Of a stretch of DNA of 64,000 nt, positions 28,801 to 36,885 are shown piece by piece; within the stretch, counting starts at the first letter, position 1, and every line of letters begins with the position of its first letter. The stretch is taken from NCBI GenBank assembly GCA_043744895.1, contig JAYTTT010000379.1:59745-123744 (forward strand). The letters run 5' to 3'. The notes beneath the pieces are model-generated. The model was not told the DNA's origin and searched no databases. It worked only from the letters and a program-made list of their open reading frames with translations. Made by a program: the position numbers and the translations under genes. Source of the DNA: Gemmatimonadota bacterium (GTDB taxonomy: Bacteria; Gemmatimonadota; Gemmatimonadetes; Gemmatimonadales; GWC2-71-9).

Positions 28801-29389
28801 CCGGCGGAGCGACGCGGAGCGCTCCCTGGCCCGGACCGACGGATCGCATGACGGCGACCAGACCGTCACCTATGACAAGGGTGGGTTCGTCTTCTGGATG
28901 CTCTGGGATCTGATGGGAGCGGAGCCCAATTTCGCCGGTCTCCGCCAGTTCATTGCGGACCACCAGAACAATCCTGACCACGCGGTGGTTCCCGATTTCG
29001 AGGCTCACATGCGTCGGTATGCGCCGGATACGGCGGCCTACGGGCAATTCGCCCGGCAGTGGCTCGATTCGGTGGTGGTGCCGGAATACCGGCTCTCAGC
29101 GGCCAAATCGGTCAAGACATCCGACGGCTGGGAGACGTCGGTGCACGTGGAGAACGTCGGGACCGGACGGATGCCGGTCGAGGTCGCGGTGCTCGCGGGC
29201 GAGCGGGCGCTCGATCCGAGCGAAACGGCGAAGGCCCCGTACCAGGCCGCCGCCACCACCATCGTCCTCGGCGGCAAGGAAGCGAAGGACGTGACGATCC
29301 GGTCGAGCTTCAAGCCCGACCGGATCGTCACCGACCCCAATGTCCGGGTCCTTCAGTTGCGGCGGGCCGCGGCGGTCGTCAAGCTCTGA
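25811..29389 (+). CDS. ABC-2 permease fused to an M1-family aminopeptidase
   Basis: Two multi-TM ABC-2 halves followed by a soluble domain with HETAHQWWG...SEG and YDKG. Confidence 0.88.
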   Translation: MSLRRFGLVARSELAYNLKRPSFWIMLLLAGLIIWGLSGGNVRVITNSGDSSVGGKKAWLTSEFAVTQIVTIVSFIFFSFFVAVAAGLAVIRDLEWKTGELLHSTPLTAGEYVWGKFAGVLAAYLAGLVLTSALMILFFQLLPNSDMLETRGPFQFRNYAVPMLMMGLPIVLFSCGTAFGIGTRTRRPILVFMLPIFLLVVCGFFLWSWTPAWLDSRIDRALMLIDPSGFRWLTQTWLKVDRGVDFYNTQAVGWDSGFVLSRIGIVLIGLVSTGLSARHFRRTLRSSGKVTGRRAATEGSGEPHFVPEANATLGSLGMTARAPTFWRGFRRVASAELRELRSSPGLYLFIPIIVWQALGSALLAIGAFDTPLLATPGTLAVSSMGTLITLLGLLIVFYGVESLERERATGFAAIHDALPISAGSILAGKALALGVVALSVLAAVFLGSAIALLVQGKVGISLVPFILVWGLLFLPGIAMWTCFVFATYAVAKNRYTTYGITLATFALTVYLAIAGKVNWIGNWPLWGALQWSDISVIEFDRSALVLNRLLVLSLAAAFLRFAIRHFPRRAGDAIGVLHGLRPAALARSAWRATPWLVVPIVLAGLLWHQISIGPEGPRAKKAMKDYWKKNLATWTDAPLPALADADVDVTIEPARRAWKVKGQYLLVNKEAVSLAKIPLTVGFWDDVTWEMNGTAAKPDTASHLYVFTPPKPLAPGDSLRLGFSYHGVQRGSTRAGGGAGEFIVPSGVVMTSFGPRWFPMVGYDNSIGVEDENRAEPKQYPDNFYEGVTPPAFGSALPMTVRMTITTPANFTANGVGERISEEVKGGLKTTVWKTDHPVMAFNVVAGRYVVKQGLGTALYYDPRHGYNAVEMSGALDAARKYYGEWFAPFPWKELKVSEFPALAGYAQGFPTNISFSEQIGFLTKSEPKTNLAFLVTAHETAHQWWGNMLQPGRGPSGNILSEGMAHFSTALLMAQVKGELQGMEFRKRIESRYGDSRRSDAERSLARTDGSHDGDQTVTYDKGGFVFWMLWDLMGAEPNFAGLRQFIADHQNNPDHAVVPDFEAHMRRYAPDTAAYGQFARQWLDSVVVPEYRLSAAKSVKTSDGWETSVHVENVGTGRMPVEVAVLAGERALDPSETAKAPYQAAATTIVLGGKEAKDVTIRSSFKPDRIVTDPNVRVLQLRRAAAVVKL

Positions 29390-29401
29390 GGACGCGACCG
29401 G

Positions 29402-29815
29402 CTACAACAGCAGTGGGCGAAGGCCATGGACCTTGAAATGGCGGTCCGTGGTCAAGACGTCTTCGATCCGGCGTTCCTGGATAATGACCAGGCTAGTGCA
29501 GTCCGTGAAGGAGTGACCTTGGTCGTCAAGTTTCTTGAATAGACCCTGAGCCTTCGTGAACCGCTCCGACCCGACCCATTCCCACTCGACGCTCGCCGCT
29601 TCAGCCAAGTAAGCAAACAAGTTTAGGGCCGCATGGGATCCGATCCGAGCCTTCAACAACGTGGCACTCTCGTCCACAACGTAGTCACTCGTCACCAGAG
29701 AGACCCGCTTCTCGACGAAGCGGCGGAGGCTTGCGACGACCCGGGGGTGACGCTGATCCTTCCGATCGATCAGCGCGTACCATGCCGAGGTATCGACGAA
29801 CGCGTTAGCCGCCAT
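29402..29815 (-). CDS. vapC: PIN-domain toxin (VapC family)
   Basis: FVDTSAWYA, VVDE, SFTDCTS and TTDRHF acidic motifs. Confidence 0.9.
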   Translation of the reverse strand: MAANAFVDTSAWYALIDRKDQRHPRVVASLRRFVEKRVSLVTSDYVVDESATLLKARIGSHAALNLFAYLAEAASVEWEWVGSERFTKAQGLFKKLDDQGHSFTDCTSLVIIQERRIEDVLTTDRHFKVHGLRPLLL

Positions 29816-30050
29816 AGACGAGGAGATCAATCTCGGCGTTGCCGAGCGGAGTGCCGGGCCCGTCGACGGCGAATTCATCAATCCGGAACACTGGATCGTT
29901 CCGGTCGTTGGCTAGCGCTGCCGGCCCGATCGGTTCCAGACGGGCGACCGGCTTGCCGCGGAAGGTCAGGATCAATCGTTCACCCCGACCGACGGCCCGC
30001 AGAGCCCGGCTCGCATCGCGCCGAAAGGCGAGCATCGAGATTTCTTTCAT
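29805..30050 (-). CDS. Phd/YefM-family antitoxin
   Basis: 81 aa; MKEISMLAFRRDASRALRAVGRGERLILTFRGKPVARLEP; overlaps the toxin start. Confidence 0.85.
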   Translation of the reverse strand: MKEISMLAFRRDASRALRAVGRGERLILTFRGKPVARLEPIGPAALANDRNDPVFRIDEFAVDGPGTPLGNAEIDLLVYGG

Positions 30051-30053
30051 AGA

Positions 30054-30070
30054 TTGAAGTTAACGTTCAA
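30054..30070. promoter_or_regulatory. Palindromic operator upstream of the TA operon
   Basis: TTGAA-GTTAACG-TTCAA inverted repeat just upstream of the antitoxin start codon. Confidence 0.6.
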
Positions 30071-30104
30071 GTTCACTTTCATCAAGGACAAGGTCCGAAG
30101 GGCT

Positions 30105-30533
30105 CTAGCCCTTGAGGTTCCGAATCGCATTCATGGCGATATCGTGGCGGGCTTTCATGACCCCCTGCAGGGCATCGAACTGGTGACTCTCCCGCTCGAA
30201 CGTGGTCTGGAGAACGCCCCATTCCTTGACGATTACCAACGAACCGTGCTGGCGCTTCCCGGTGGGCATGCCGGAGGCCGCGTCTCGGGGCACGGTGACG
30301 TCGGACGCCGCCGCCAGCGGCTTGAGCCGGTCCTGAACGGTCTTGAGCCATGCGGTCTGGGCCGCGTAGCTCCGCTGATCCGCCGCGCTGAGGCCTTTCG
30401 GCGCCGGTTGGTCGATCGCCGTTGCCACCGCCTCGAGGACGTGCGGCAGCACGAACGCCTTCTTTGCAACCGGATCTTGACCCACGGTGATCGCGCTGCC
30501 GAGTACCATCAATATCGTGGCGCACATGCTCAT
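30105..30533 (-). CDS. Small secreted hypothetical protein with an Hcp-like motif and a needle-like C-terminal helix
   Basis: AAGGAGG RBS; hydrophobic signal peptide; VTVPRDAASGMPTGKRQHGSLVIVKEW; C-terminus QGVMKARHDIAMNAIRNLKG. Confidence 0.75.
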   Translation of the reverse strand: MSMCATILMVLGSAITVGQDPVAKKAFVLPHVLEAVATAIDQPAPKGLSAADQRSYAAQTAWLKTVQDRLKPLAAASDVTVPRDAASGMPTGKRQHGSLVIVKEWGVLQTTFERESHQFDALQGVMKARHDIAMNAIRNLKG

Positions 30534-30597
30534 CGGACCCTCCTTGGAGAACGGGAACCTTCCACGGTCCAGGCCTGCAATATCGGGGCCGACGGGC

Positions 30598-31863
30598 CTA
30601 CGCCGGTTCGCCCCGAACCGCGACCAACGCCTTCACGGCCCGGTCGACGTCGGCGAGGGTGTTGCAGAGGTTGGGACTCAGCCGTAACCCCCCGGTGGGC
30701 GAGCCGATGACGTGATAGCCGGCGTACAGCCGCTGGTGCCACCGCTGGGCCACCGGAGCCTCGGCCCTAGCGATGATGACTCCGTGCCGAAGCTCAGGAG
30801 GCCGCGGCGTGACCAGCTCGAACCCATTCGACAGCAGGCCATCGTGGAGCCGGCCCGCCAGTTCCCGAATCCTGGCTTCGACTCGCGCCGGTCCAATCTG
30901 CTCGTGGAAGTCGAGCGCCGCGGCAAGGCCCGCGGTGGCGGCGTCGTTGCGTTGCCCCAGGGTCTCGAACTTCCGGGCGCCCTTGGCCGTGGTCTTGGCG
31001 GCGGTTCCCCAACCAACCCCAACCACGCCGGGCCACATCGCATCCTGGCGTTCCGCGCGGAGGTAGAGGATCCCGATTTCCCGGGGTCCCAGGAGCCATT
31101 TCTGTCCGCTGGCCGAGTAGGAGTCGCATCCGAGCTCGCGGAGATTTCGCTGGATCGCTCCGCACGTCTGGGCGCCGTCGACGTGGACGTAGATGCCCCG
31201 GTCTCGCCCGATCCGGCACAACTCCGCCGTGGGCATCCGGAGGCCGGTGTTGGCGGAGACGTCGGTGAAGGCAAGGACCCGGGTACGGTCGGAGAGCGCC
31301 CGGGTCATCCCGTCGATCACCTCCGCCACCGAAGCCGGCGCCGCCGGGAAGCTGACCCGCTTCACGGTAAACCCGAACCGAGCCGCCCGAACGTCCCACG
31401 CCACGTTGTTGGTCGGGTGGTTCTGGTCGACCAACACCACTTCATCGCCGGCGCCGAGGGCGATGCCGGCGACAACGAGGTTGTTGGCCTCCGAGGCGTT
31501 CCGAACCAGGGCGATTTCCTCGGCCGACACGCCGAGGAGCCGGGCGGTTCGTTCCCGGGTCGTTTCCCGAAGCCGGTCGTATTTGGCCCGGTTCTGATAG
31601 GAGACATCGGCGTCGACATCGCGAACCGCCTGGCTCACCGCTTCGATCACGGTCCGGGGCCCCGGGGACATGTTGGCCGAGTTCATCGGGGTTTGGGGGT
31701 CCGGGAAGGTGAACTGGCGCTTCAGTTCGACCCAGTAGCCCTCGTCCCCGCGGTGACCCGGTATCGGTGGCGCCATTGCCGCGCCCACGGTGGGCCGGAG
31801 GGCGGCAACTGCCGTCGCGCCCATCAGTTGTTCGAGAAACGTCCGTCGAGAGGCGTCACCCAT
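30598..31863 (-). CDS. Class V PLP-dependent aminotransferase-fold enzyme (cysteine desulfurase / isopenicillin N epimerase-like), Tat substrate
   Basis: SRRTFL Tat motif; RNASEA, HVDGAQ, SGQKWLLGP and GQRN motifs. Confidence 0.88.
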   Translation of the reverse strand: MGDASRRTFLEQLMGATAVAALRPTVGAAMAPPIPGHRGDEGYWVELKRQFTFPDPQTPMNSANMSPGPRTVIEAVSQAVRDVDADVSYQNRAKYDRLRETTRERTARLLGVSAEEIALVRNASEANNLVVAGIALGAGDEVVLVDQNHPTNNVAWDVRAARFGFTVKRVSFPAAPASVAEVIDGMTRALSDRTRVLAFTDVSANTGLRMPTAELCRIGRDRGIYVHVDGAQTCGAIQRNLRELGCDSYSASGQKWLLGPREIGILYLRAERQDAMWPGVVGVGWGTAAKTTAKGARKFETLGQRNDAATAGLAAALDFHEQIGPARVEARIRELAGRLHDGLLSNGFELVTPRPPELRHGVIIARAEAPVAQRWHQRLYAGYHVIGSPTGGLRLSPNLCNTLADVDRAVKALVAVRGEPA

Positions 31864-31996
31864 CGGGAACCTCGCATGGTTGGATAGTGGGGGGGCGTTA
31901 GAACATTGGCCCGTGGCGACGAACCGGCAAGCCCCGCCCGGGTCTTCCGGATTGCCCGGACCGCGTTAACATCCCGGCACCCCTTCCAGGAACCCG

Positions 31997-34051
31997 ATGC
32001 GTCACCCCGCCCCGTTCGCTCTCGCGGCCGTTGCCATCCTCGCCGCTTGTGCTCCCGCCCGGGAGATCGACGACGACGCCCTCAAGACCGCTGACGCCGA
32101 CACCGCCGATTGGCTGAGCTACGGCCGGACCTACTCCGAGCAGCGGCACAGCCCGCTCCGCCAGATCGATGAACGGACGGTGAGCGGCCTTGGACTAGCC
32201 TGGTCCGTCGATCTCGCCACGTTGCACGGCCTTGAAGCCACTCCGATCGTCAGCGACGGCGTACTCTATACCAGCAGCGCGTGGAGCGTCGTCTACGCGG
32301 TGGACGCGCGCCTCGGCAAGGTGCTGTGGCGCTACGATCCCGAGGTCCCGAAGGATCATGCCAAGTTTGTCTGCTGCGACGTGGTGAACCGCGGGGTCGC
32401 GCTCTACCGAGGCCGGGTTTACGTCGGGACCATCGACGGACGCCTCGTGGCCCTCGACCAGAAGACGGGCAAGCCGCTGTGGGCCGTCCAGACCACGCCG
32501 AAGGGCGGTCCCTACGCCATCACCGGGGCGCCCCGGATTGCCCGCGGCCGGGTGGTCATCGGTAACGCCGGCTCGGAGTACGCCGCCCGCGGTTTCGTCT
32601 CGGCCTACGACGCGGAAACCGGCGCGCTCGCCTGGAAGACCTACCTGGTGCCCGGCGATCCGTCCCAACCGTTCGAGTCGGAGGCCCTCCGGAAGGCGGC
32701 CGCAACCTGGTCGGGCGAATGGTGGAAGGGCGGCGGTGGAGCCAGTCCCTGGGATCCGATCGTCTACGATCCAGCGCTCGATCTGATTTACGTCGGCACG
32801 GGCAACGCCTCGCCGTGGTATCCGGAACTCCGCGGCACGACGGCCGGCGACAATCTCTTCGCGTCATCGATCGTAGCCCTCCGGGCCGGCACCGGCGAAT
32901 ATGTCTGGCACTACCAAACCACACCGGGCGACAGTTGGGACTACGACGCGACCCAGCCAATCGTTCTGGCTGACCTCACCATCGGCGGCCGGCTCCGGCA
33001 GGTGCTGATGCAGGCCAATAAGAACGGCTTCTTCTATCTGATCGACCGGGAAACCGGGCAACTGATTTCGGCCACGCCCTACGCCACGATGACGTGGGCC
33101 AACGGCATCGACTCAGGTGGCCGCCCGATCGTGTCGCCCGCGGCCCGGCCCAGCACGGCCGGCACGTTGGTGATGCCCTCAGATTTGGGGGCCCACAACT
33201 GGCATCCGATTTCGTTCAATCCGGCCACCGGTCTGGTCTACCTCGCGGTGACCGACGCGGCCCCGGCACTCCATGTGGTCGATCCGGCGTTCCGGCTCAA
33301 CCCGAACGACCAGACCGTCGGCTACGACCCACGCTATCAGGGGCCGCTCGCGGCCCAGCTGGCGGCGGCGGTGCCCACCGGACGGCTGGTGGCGTGGGAT
33401 CCGGCCGGGGGCCGCGAGGCCTGGCGGGTCGAGTATCCGGTGGCCCGGAGCGGCGGGACCTTAACCACGGCCGGCAACCTGGTGTTCCAGGGACGCGCCG
33501 ATGGGAAATTCGCCGCCTATCGCGCGAAGGACGGCACTCCGCTCTGGGAATTCGACGCCCAGGTCGGGATCGCAGCCGCGCCGATGACCTATTCGATCGA
33601 CGGAATCCAATACGTCGCGGTGCTGGCCGCGCCGCCGCTCCTGTTCGTCGATCCGAAGGCCCGGACCGGACCGGGCCGCCTGCTGGTGTTCTCGCTCGGC
33701 GGACGCGATACCCTGCCCCGAACCGAGCGACTCGAGACGCCGATGGTGGCTCCGACGGTCCAGGTGGCCGCGACGCCCAAGGAGATGGCAGAAGGCAGCG
33801 GCCTTTACAATCTCTACTGCGATCGGTGTCATAGCGCCGACTTGAATTTGGTGAAGAGCGGGGCGGTGCCCGACCTTCGGCGATCGACCGCCGAAACCCA
33901 CGGGCAGTACGAGCAAATTGTCCGGGGTGGAGTCCGCCGGGCGCTCGGAATGCCGTCCTTCGCCGACGACCTCACCAGCGACCAGGTTCGGCTGGTTCAC
34001 GCGTTCATCCTCGACCGGGCCCGGAAAGCGGCCGCGGGGCCGAAGCCGTAG
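31997..34051 (+). CDS. PQQ-dependent quinohaemoprotein alcohol dehydrogenase (type II)
   Basis: Lipobox LAAC; WLSYGRTYSEQRHSPL, vicinal CCDVVNRG, GAHNWHPIS and a C-terminal cytochrome c motif CDRCH. Confidence 0.93.
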   Translation: MRHPAPFALAAVAILAACAPAREIDDDALKTADADTADWLSYGRTYSEQRHSPLRQIDERTVSGLGLAWSVDLATLHGLEATPIVSDGVLYTSSAWSVVYAVDARLGKVLWRYDPEVPKDHAKFVCCDVVNRGVALYRGRVYVGTIDGRLVALDQKTGKPLWAVQTTPKGGPYAITGAPRIARGRVVIGNAGSEYAARGFVSAYDAETGALAWKTYLVPGDPSQPFESEALRKAAATWSGEWWKGGGGASPWDPIVYDPALDLIYVGTGNASPWYPELRGTTAGDNLFASSIVALRAGTGEYVWHYQTTPGDSWDYDATQPIVLADLTIGGRLRQVLMQANKNGFFYLIDRETGQLISATPYATMTWANGIDSGGRPIVSPAARPSTAGTLVMPSDLGAHNWHPISFNPATGLVYLAVTDAAPALHVVDPAFRLNPNDQTVGYDPRYQGPLAAQLAAAVPTGRLVAWDPAGGREAWRVEYPVARSGGTLTTAGNLVFQGRADGKFAAYRAKDGTPLWEFDAQVGIAAAPMTYSIDGIQYVAVLAAPPLLFVDPKARTGPGRLLVFSLGGRDTLPRTERLETPMVAPTVQVAATPKEMAEGSGLYNLYCDRCHSADLNLVKSGAVPDLRRSTAETHGQYEQIVRGGVRRALGMPSFADDLTSDQVRLVHAFILDRARKAAAGPKP

Positions 34052-34057
34052 CCGGGA

Positions 34058-35152
34058 ATGAGGTCAGGGGCTGTCGCGGCGTGGTGGTCGGGGCTTGTCC
34101 TGTTATCGAGCGCCGGGGCTCAAACTCGAGTCGTCATTCCCGGCGGTGCGCTTCACGGGGCCATCACCAACGCGGTCGGCCAGGCGGGACTGAGCTACGC
34201 TCTGGTTACCGTGGTCGGCGCCGACCGGCGGGCCTTCGCCAACGAGCAGGGGCGGTTCCTGATCACCGGCCTCAAGCCCGGCCCCGATCGGGTTCGGGTC
34301 CAACAGATCGGGTATGCTCCGGTTGAGATCGATGTCTTCCTGGTCGAGCCCGGGAGGGATCCGGGAGGGTCGGAACAGTTGGTCATCGCGCCGGGCGCCA
34401 AGATCCAAGTGCTGCCGGACCTGGTCGTGTCGGCCGAGGGACTTCGGAGATATCAGCAACCGCAGGGCTGCATCGCGCCGGCCGGGGCGATCACCGGGGG
34501 GGCAGCAGAGCTCGTCATCGACCAAGCGGTGACCAACGCCGACCGAATCCTCGCGGTCGAACAGGTCTACCCCTTCATCGTGACGTTCGAGCACGTCCGC
34601 GAGGCCTACGATTCAGTCGAGCGTCTTCAGGCCCGGTGGATCGATACCATCGCCATCAATTCGGCCAAACGGGACGGATACCACCGGGGCATGGTGCTCG
34701 CTCGGCGCTGGCTCTGGGCGCCCCGCGACGCCGTATACTTCACGATGGGCGATGTCGCCCGAAAAGAATTTCAGCAGGCCCACTGCGTCTGGTGCTTGGG
34801 CCCGGACTCCACCGAAGGCCTGTCGACCCATCGGATCGATTTCGAACCGGCCCCCAGAGTCAAGACGGCCGATTGGGCGGGTAGTCTTCAGTTCGACCGG
34901 GAAACATTCCAACTGGTCCGATCCGATGCCCGGCTGGTTCAGATCGAACCAGGCGACCACCGGCTCGAGTCCGCCCTCTGCGCCGTCCGCTACGGCGGCG
35001 AAATTCCCACCATCGTTCACGAGCAACTGGCCCTCTGTCTTACCGGTACCAGCCGGCCGGCCCCCGCCACCACCCGCGTTATCTACCGGGCGATTGCCAC
35101 TCGGTGGCTCGGCGCTCGGCCGGGTGACCCACCACCCGAGAGACCTCGATGA
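34058..35152 (+). CDS. Secreted protein with a carboxypeptidase-regulatory-like domain
   Basis: Signal peptide; ANEQGRFLITGLKPG...RVQQIGY; LPDLVVSA; Cys-containing C-terminal domain. Confidence 0.7.
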   Translation: MRSGAVAAWWSGLVLLSSAGAQTRVVIPGGALHGAITNAVGQAGLSYALVTVVGADRRAFANEQGRFLITGLKPGPDRVRVQQIGYAPVEIDVFLVEPGRDPGGSEQLVIAPGAKIQVLPDLVVSAEGLRRYQQPQGCIAPAGAITGGAAELVIDQAVTNADRILAVEQVYPFIVTFEHVREAYDSVERLQARWIDTIAINSAKRDGYHRGMVLARRWLWAPRDAVYFTMGDVARKEFQQAHCVWCLGPDSTEGLSTHRIDFEPAPRVKTADWAGSLQFDRETFQLVRSDARLVQIEPGDHRLESALCAVRYGGEIPTIVHEQLALCLTGTSRPAPATTRVIYRAIATRWLGARPGDPPPERPR

Positions 35153-35916
35153 CCACGACGATCGTACTGCTCCACGGGGCCGCCCTGAACGGTCGGATGT
35201 GGGATCCAGCGGTTTCGATCTTGAGCCCCGAGTTTTCGGTTCTCGCTCCGGATTTGCCGGGGCACGGCAACGGGCGACAGGAGCCCTTTTCCCTCGACCG
35301 GGCCGTGAGCCACGTGGCGGCGCTGATCGAGCGCGCCAGTCCGGCCGGCGCGATCGTCGTGGGTGATTCGCTCGGCGGCTACACCGCCATGGCGTTGGCG
35401 GCCGTCCATCCTGGCCTGGCTCGGGGACTGGTGCTGGCCGGCTGCACCTTCGAGTTCAGGGGCCTAGCGGCGGGAATGACCCGGGCGGGCGCCTATCTCA
35501 CCGGCGCTCTGACGGCAGTGTTAGGTGCCGATCGGCTGCTGGCAAAGACGGTCCTGCAGGTTCCCAAGGTCTTTCCCAAAGCCCCGCTCGACGCCATCGT
35601 CGCCGGTGGTCTCCAGCTCGAGGCCCGCCGGGAGGCTTTGCTCGATCTGGCCGGCCGGAGATTCTTTGAGCCGCTGGGCCGTTACCCGGGGCCGATCCTG
35701 GCCGTCAACGGGGAGACCGACCGCCCTAACCGAAGAGGGGAGGCGGAGTTCCTCCGGCTCTTCCCCCGAGCCAAGCTGATCGTCTTCGAAGGGTCACCGC
35801 ATGGCGTCAGTCTCCGGGAGCCACAACGGTTTGCCGAGGTGGTTCGAGATTTTGCTCACGAGGTAGACCCTGAGCCGCTTCGGCGTCATGACGCATTGCC
35901 TCGGCCGGATCACTGA
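35149..35916 (+). CDS. Alpha/beta-fold hydrolase
   Basis: LLHG, DLPGHG, GDSLGG nucleophile elbow, GETD and PHG. Confidence 0.9.
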   Translation: MTTTIVLLHGAALNGRMWDPAVSILSPEFSVLAPDLPGHGNGRQEPFSLDRAVSHVAALIERASPAGAIVVGDSLGGYTAMALAAVHPGLARGLVLAGCTFEFRGLAAGMTRAGAYLTGALTAVLGADRLLAKTVLQVPKVFPKAPLDAIVAGGLQLEARREALLDLAGRRFFEPLGRYPGPILAVNGETDRPNRRGEAEFLRLFPRAKLIVFEGSPHGVSLREPQRFAEVVRDFAHEVDPEPLRRHDALPRPDH

Positions 35917-35964
35917 GCCAGATTCCCGAACCAACTATCACAGCATGTCCCGCGGAGGCCCTGC

Positions 35965-36885
35965 GTGCACGACCAGTCCGTGTCATCGATCTGCTACGTC
36001 AAAGGCCAGTGGCACACCGGCCCCGTCCCAATCATGAATACCGAGAGCAACGCCACCTGGCTCGGCAACACGGTGTTCGACGGCTCCCGCTCATTCGAGG
36101 GCGTCGCGCCCGACCTCGACCTCCACTGCCAGCGGGTCATCCGCTCGGCCCAGGGTCTCAACCTTCGTCCCACTCACACCTGGGAGGAGATCCACGCGCT
36201 CGCGCTCGAAGGGATCGCCAGGTATCAGCCCGGGACACCGCTCTACATCCGGCCGATGTTCTGGGCCGAATCGGGGCCGATCGCGCCGAACCCGGACTCG
36301 ACCCAGTTCGCGCTGGTGGTCCTCTCGCTCCCGCTCTCCGACCCCGCCAAGGGCTTCACCGCCTGCCTCTCGCCGTACCGCCGGCCCGGTCCCGAGCAAG
36401 CACCGACCCATTGCAAGGCGACGTGTCTCTACCCACTTGCCGGGCTGGCAGTTGCCGACGCTAACCGGCGCGGCTTCGACAACGCGGTGATGGGCGACCC
36501 GATCGGGAACGTGGCCGAGTTCTCGGCCCAGAACGTGATGATCGGGAAGGGCGGCGTCTGCCACACGCCGGTGCCGAATGGGACCTTCCTGAACGGGATC
36601 ACCCGGCAGCGGGTGATCGGGCTGCTGCGAGACGCCGGCGTGGAGGTGGTGGAGCGGACCATCCGGCCGTCGGAGCTGCTCGAAGCCGACGAGATCTTCT
36701 CGACGGGGAACCACAGTAAGGTGCTGCCCTGTCTCAAGTACGAGGGACGCATCCTCACCCCGGGTCCGGTCTACCAGCGGGCCCGGGCACTCTACTGGGA
36801 GTTTGCGCTCTCGGCACTCGGAGCTCGGCACTCGGCGCCGTTACTGAACGCGGGCGAGGGCTCGATCGAGCATCGCGACCAGTGA
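35965..36885 (+). CDS. Class IV (branched-chain amino acid-like) aminotransferase
   Basis: VFDGSR, LYIRP, KATCLY, FLNGITRQRVI and ADEIFSTGN. The C-terminal extension overlaps the convergent SDR gene. Confidence 0.9.
   Translation: MHDQSVSSICYVKGQWHTGPVPIMNTESNATWLGNTVFDGSRSFEGVAPDLDLHCQRVIRSAQGLNLRPTHTWEEIHALALEGIARYQPGTPLYIRPMFWAESGPIAPNPDSTQFALVVLSLPLSDPAKGFTACLSPYRRPGPEQAPTHCKATCLYPLAGLAVADANRRGFDNAVMGDPIGNVAEFSAQNVMIGKGGVCHTPVPNGTFLNGITRQRVIGLLRDAGVEVVERTIRPSELLEADEIFSTGNHSKVLPCLKYEGRILTPGPVYQRARALYWEFALSALGARHSAPLLNAGEGSIEHRDQ
36810..36837. repeat. Tandem heptamer repeat (CTCGGnn) x4
   Basis: CTCGGCA CTCGGAG CTCGGCA CTCGGCG at the convergence of two genes. Confidence 0.6.

Noticed and set aside
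30105-30533. Bona fide hcp gene or T6SS/T3SS locus
   Set aside because: Only about 27 residues resemble Hcp, the protein has a signal peptide, and no other secretion-system genes are present. Kept as a finding, not as a gene call.
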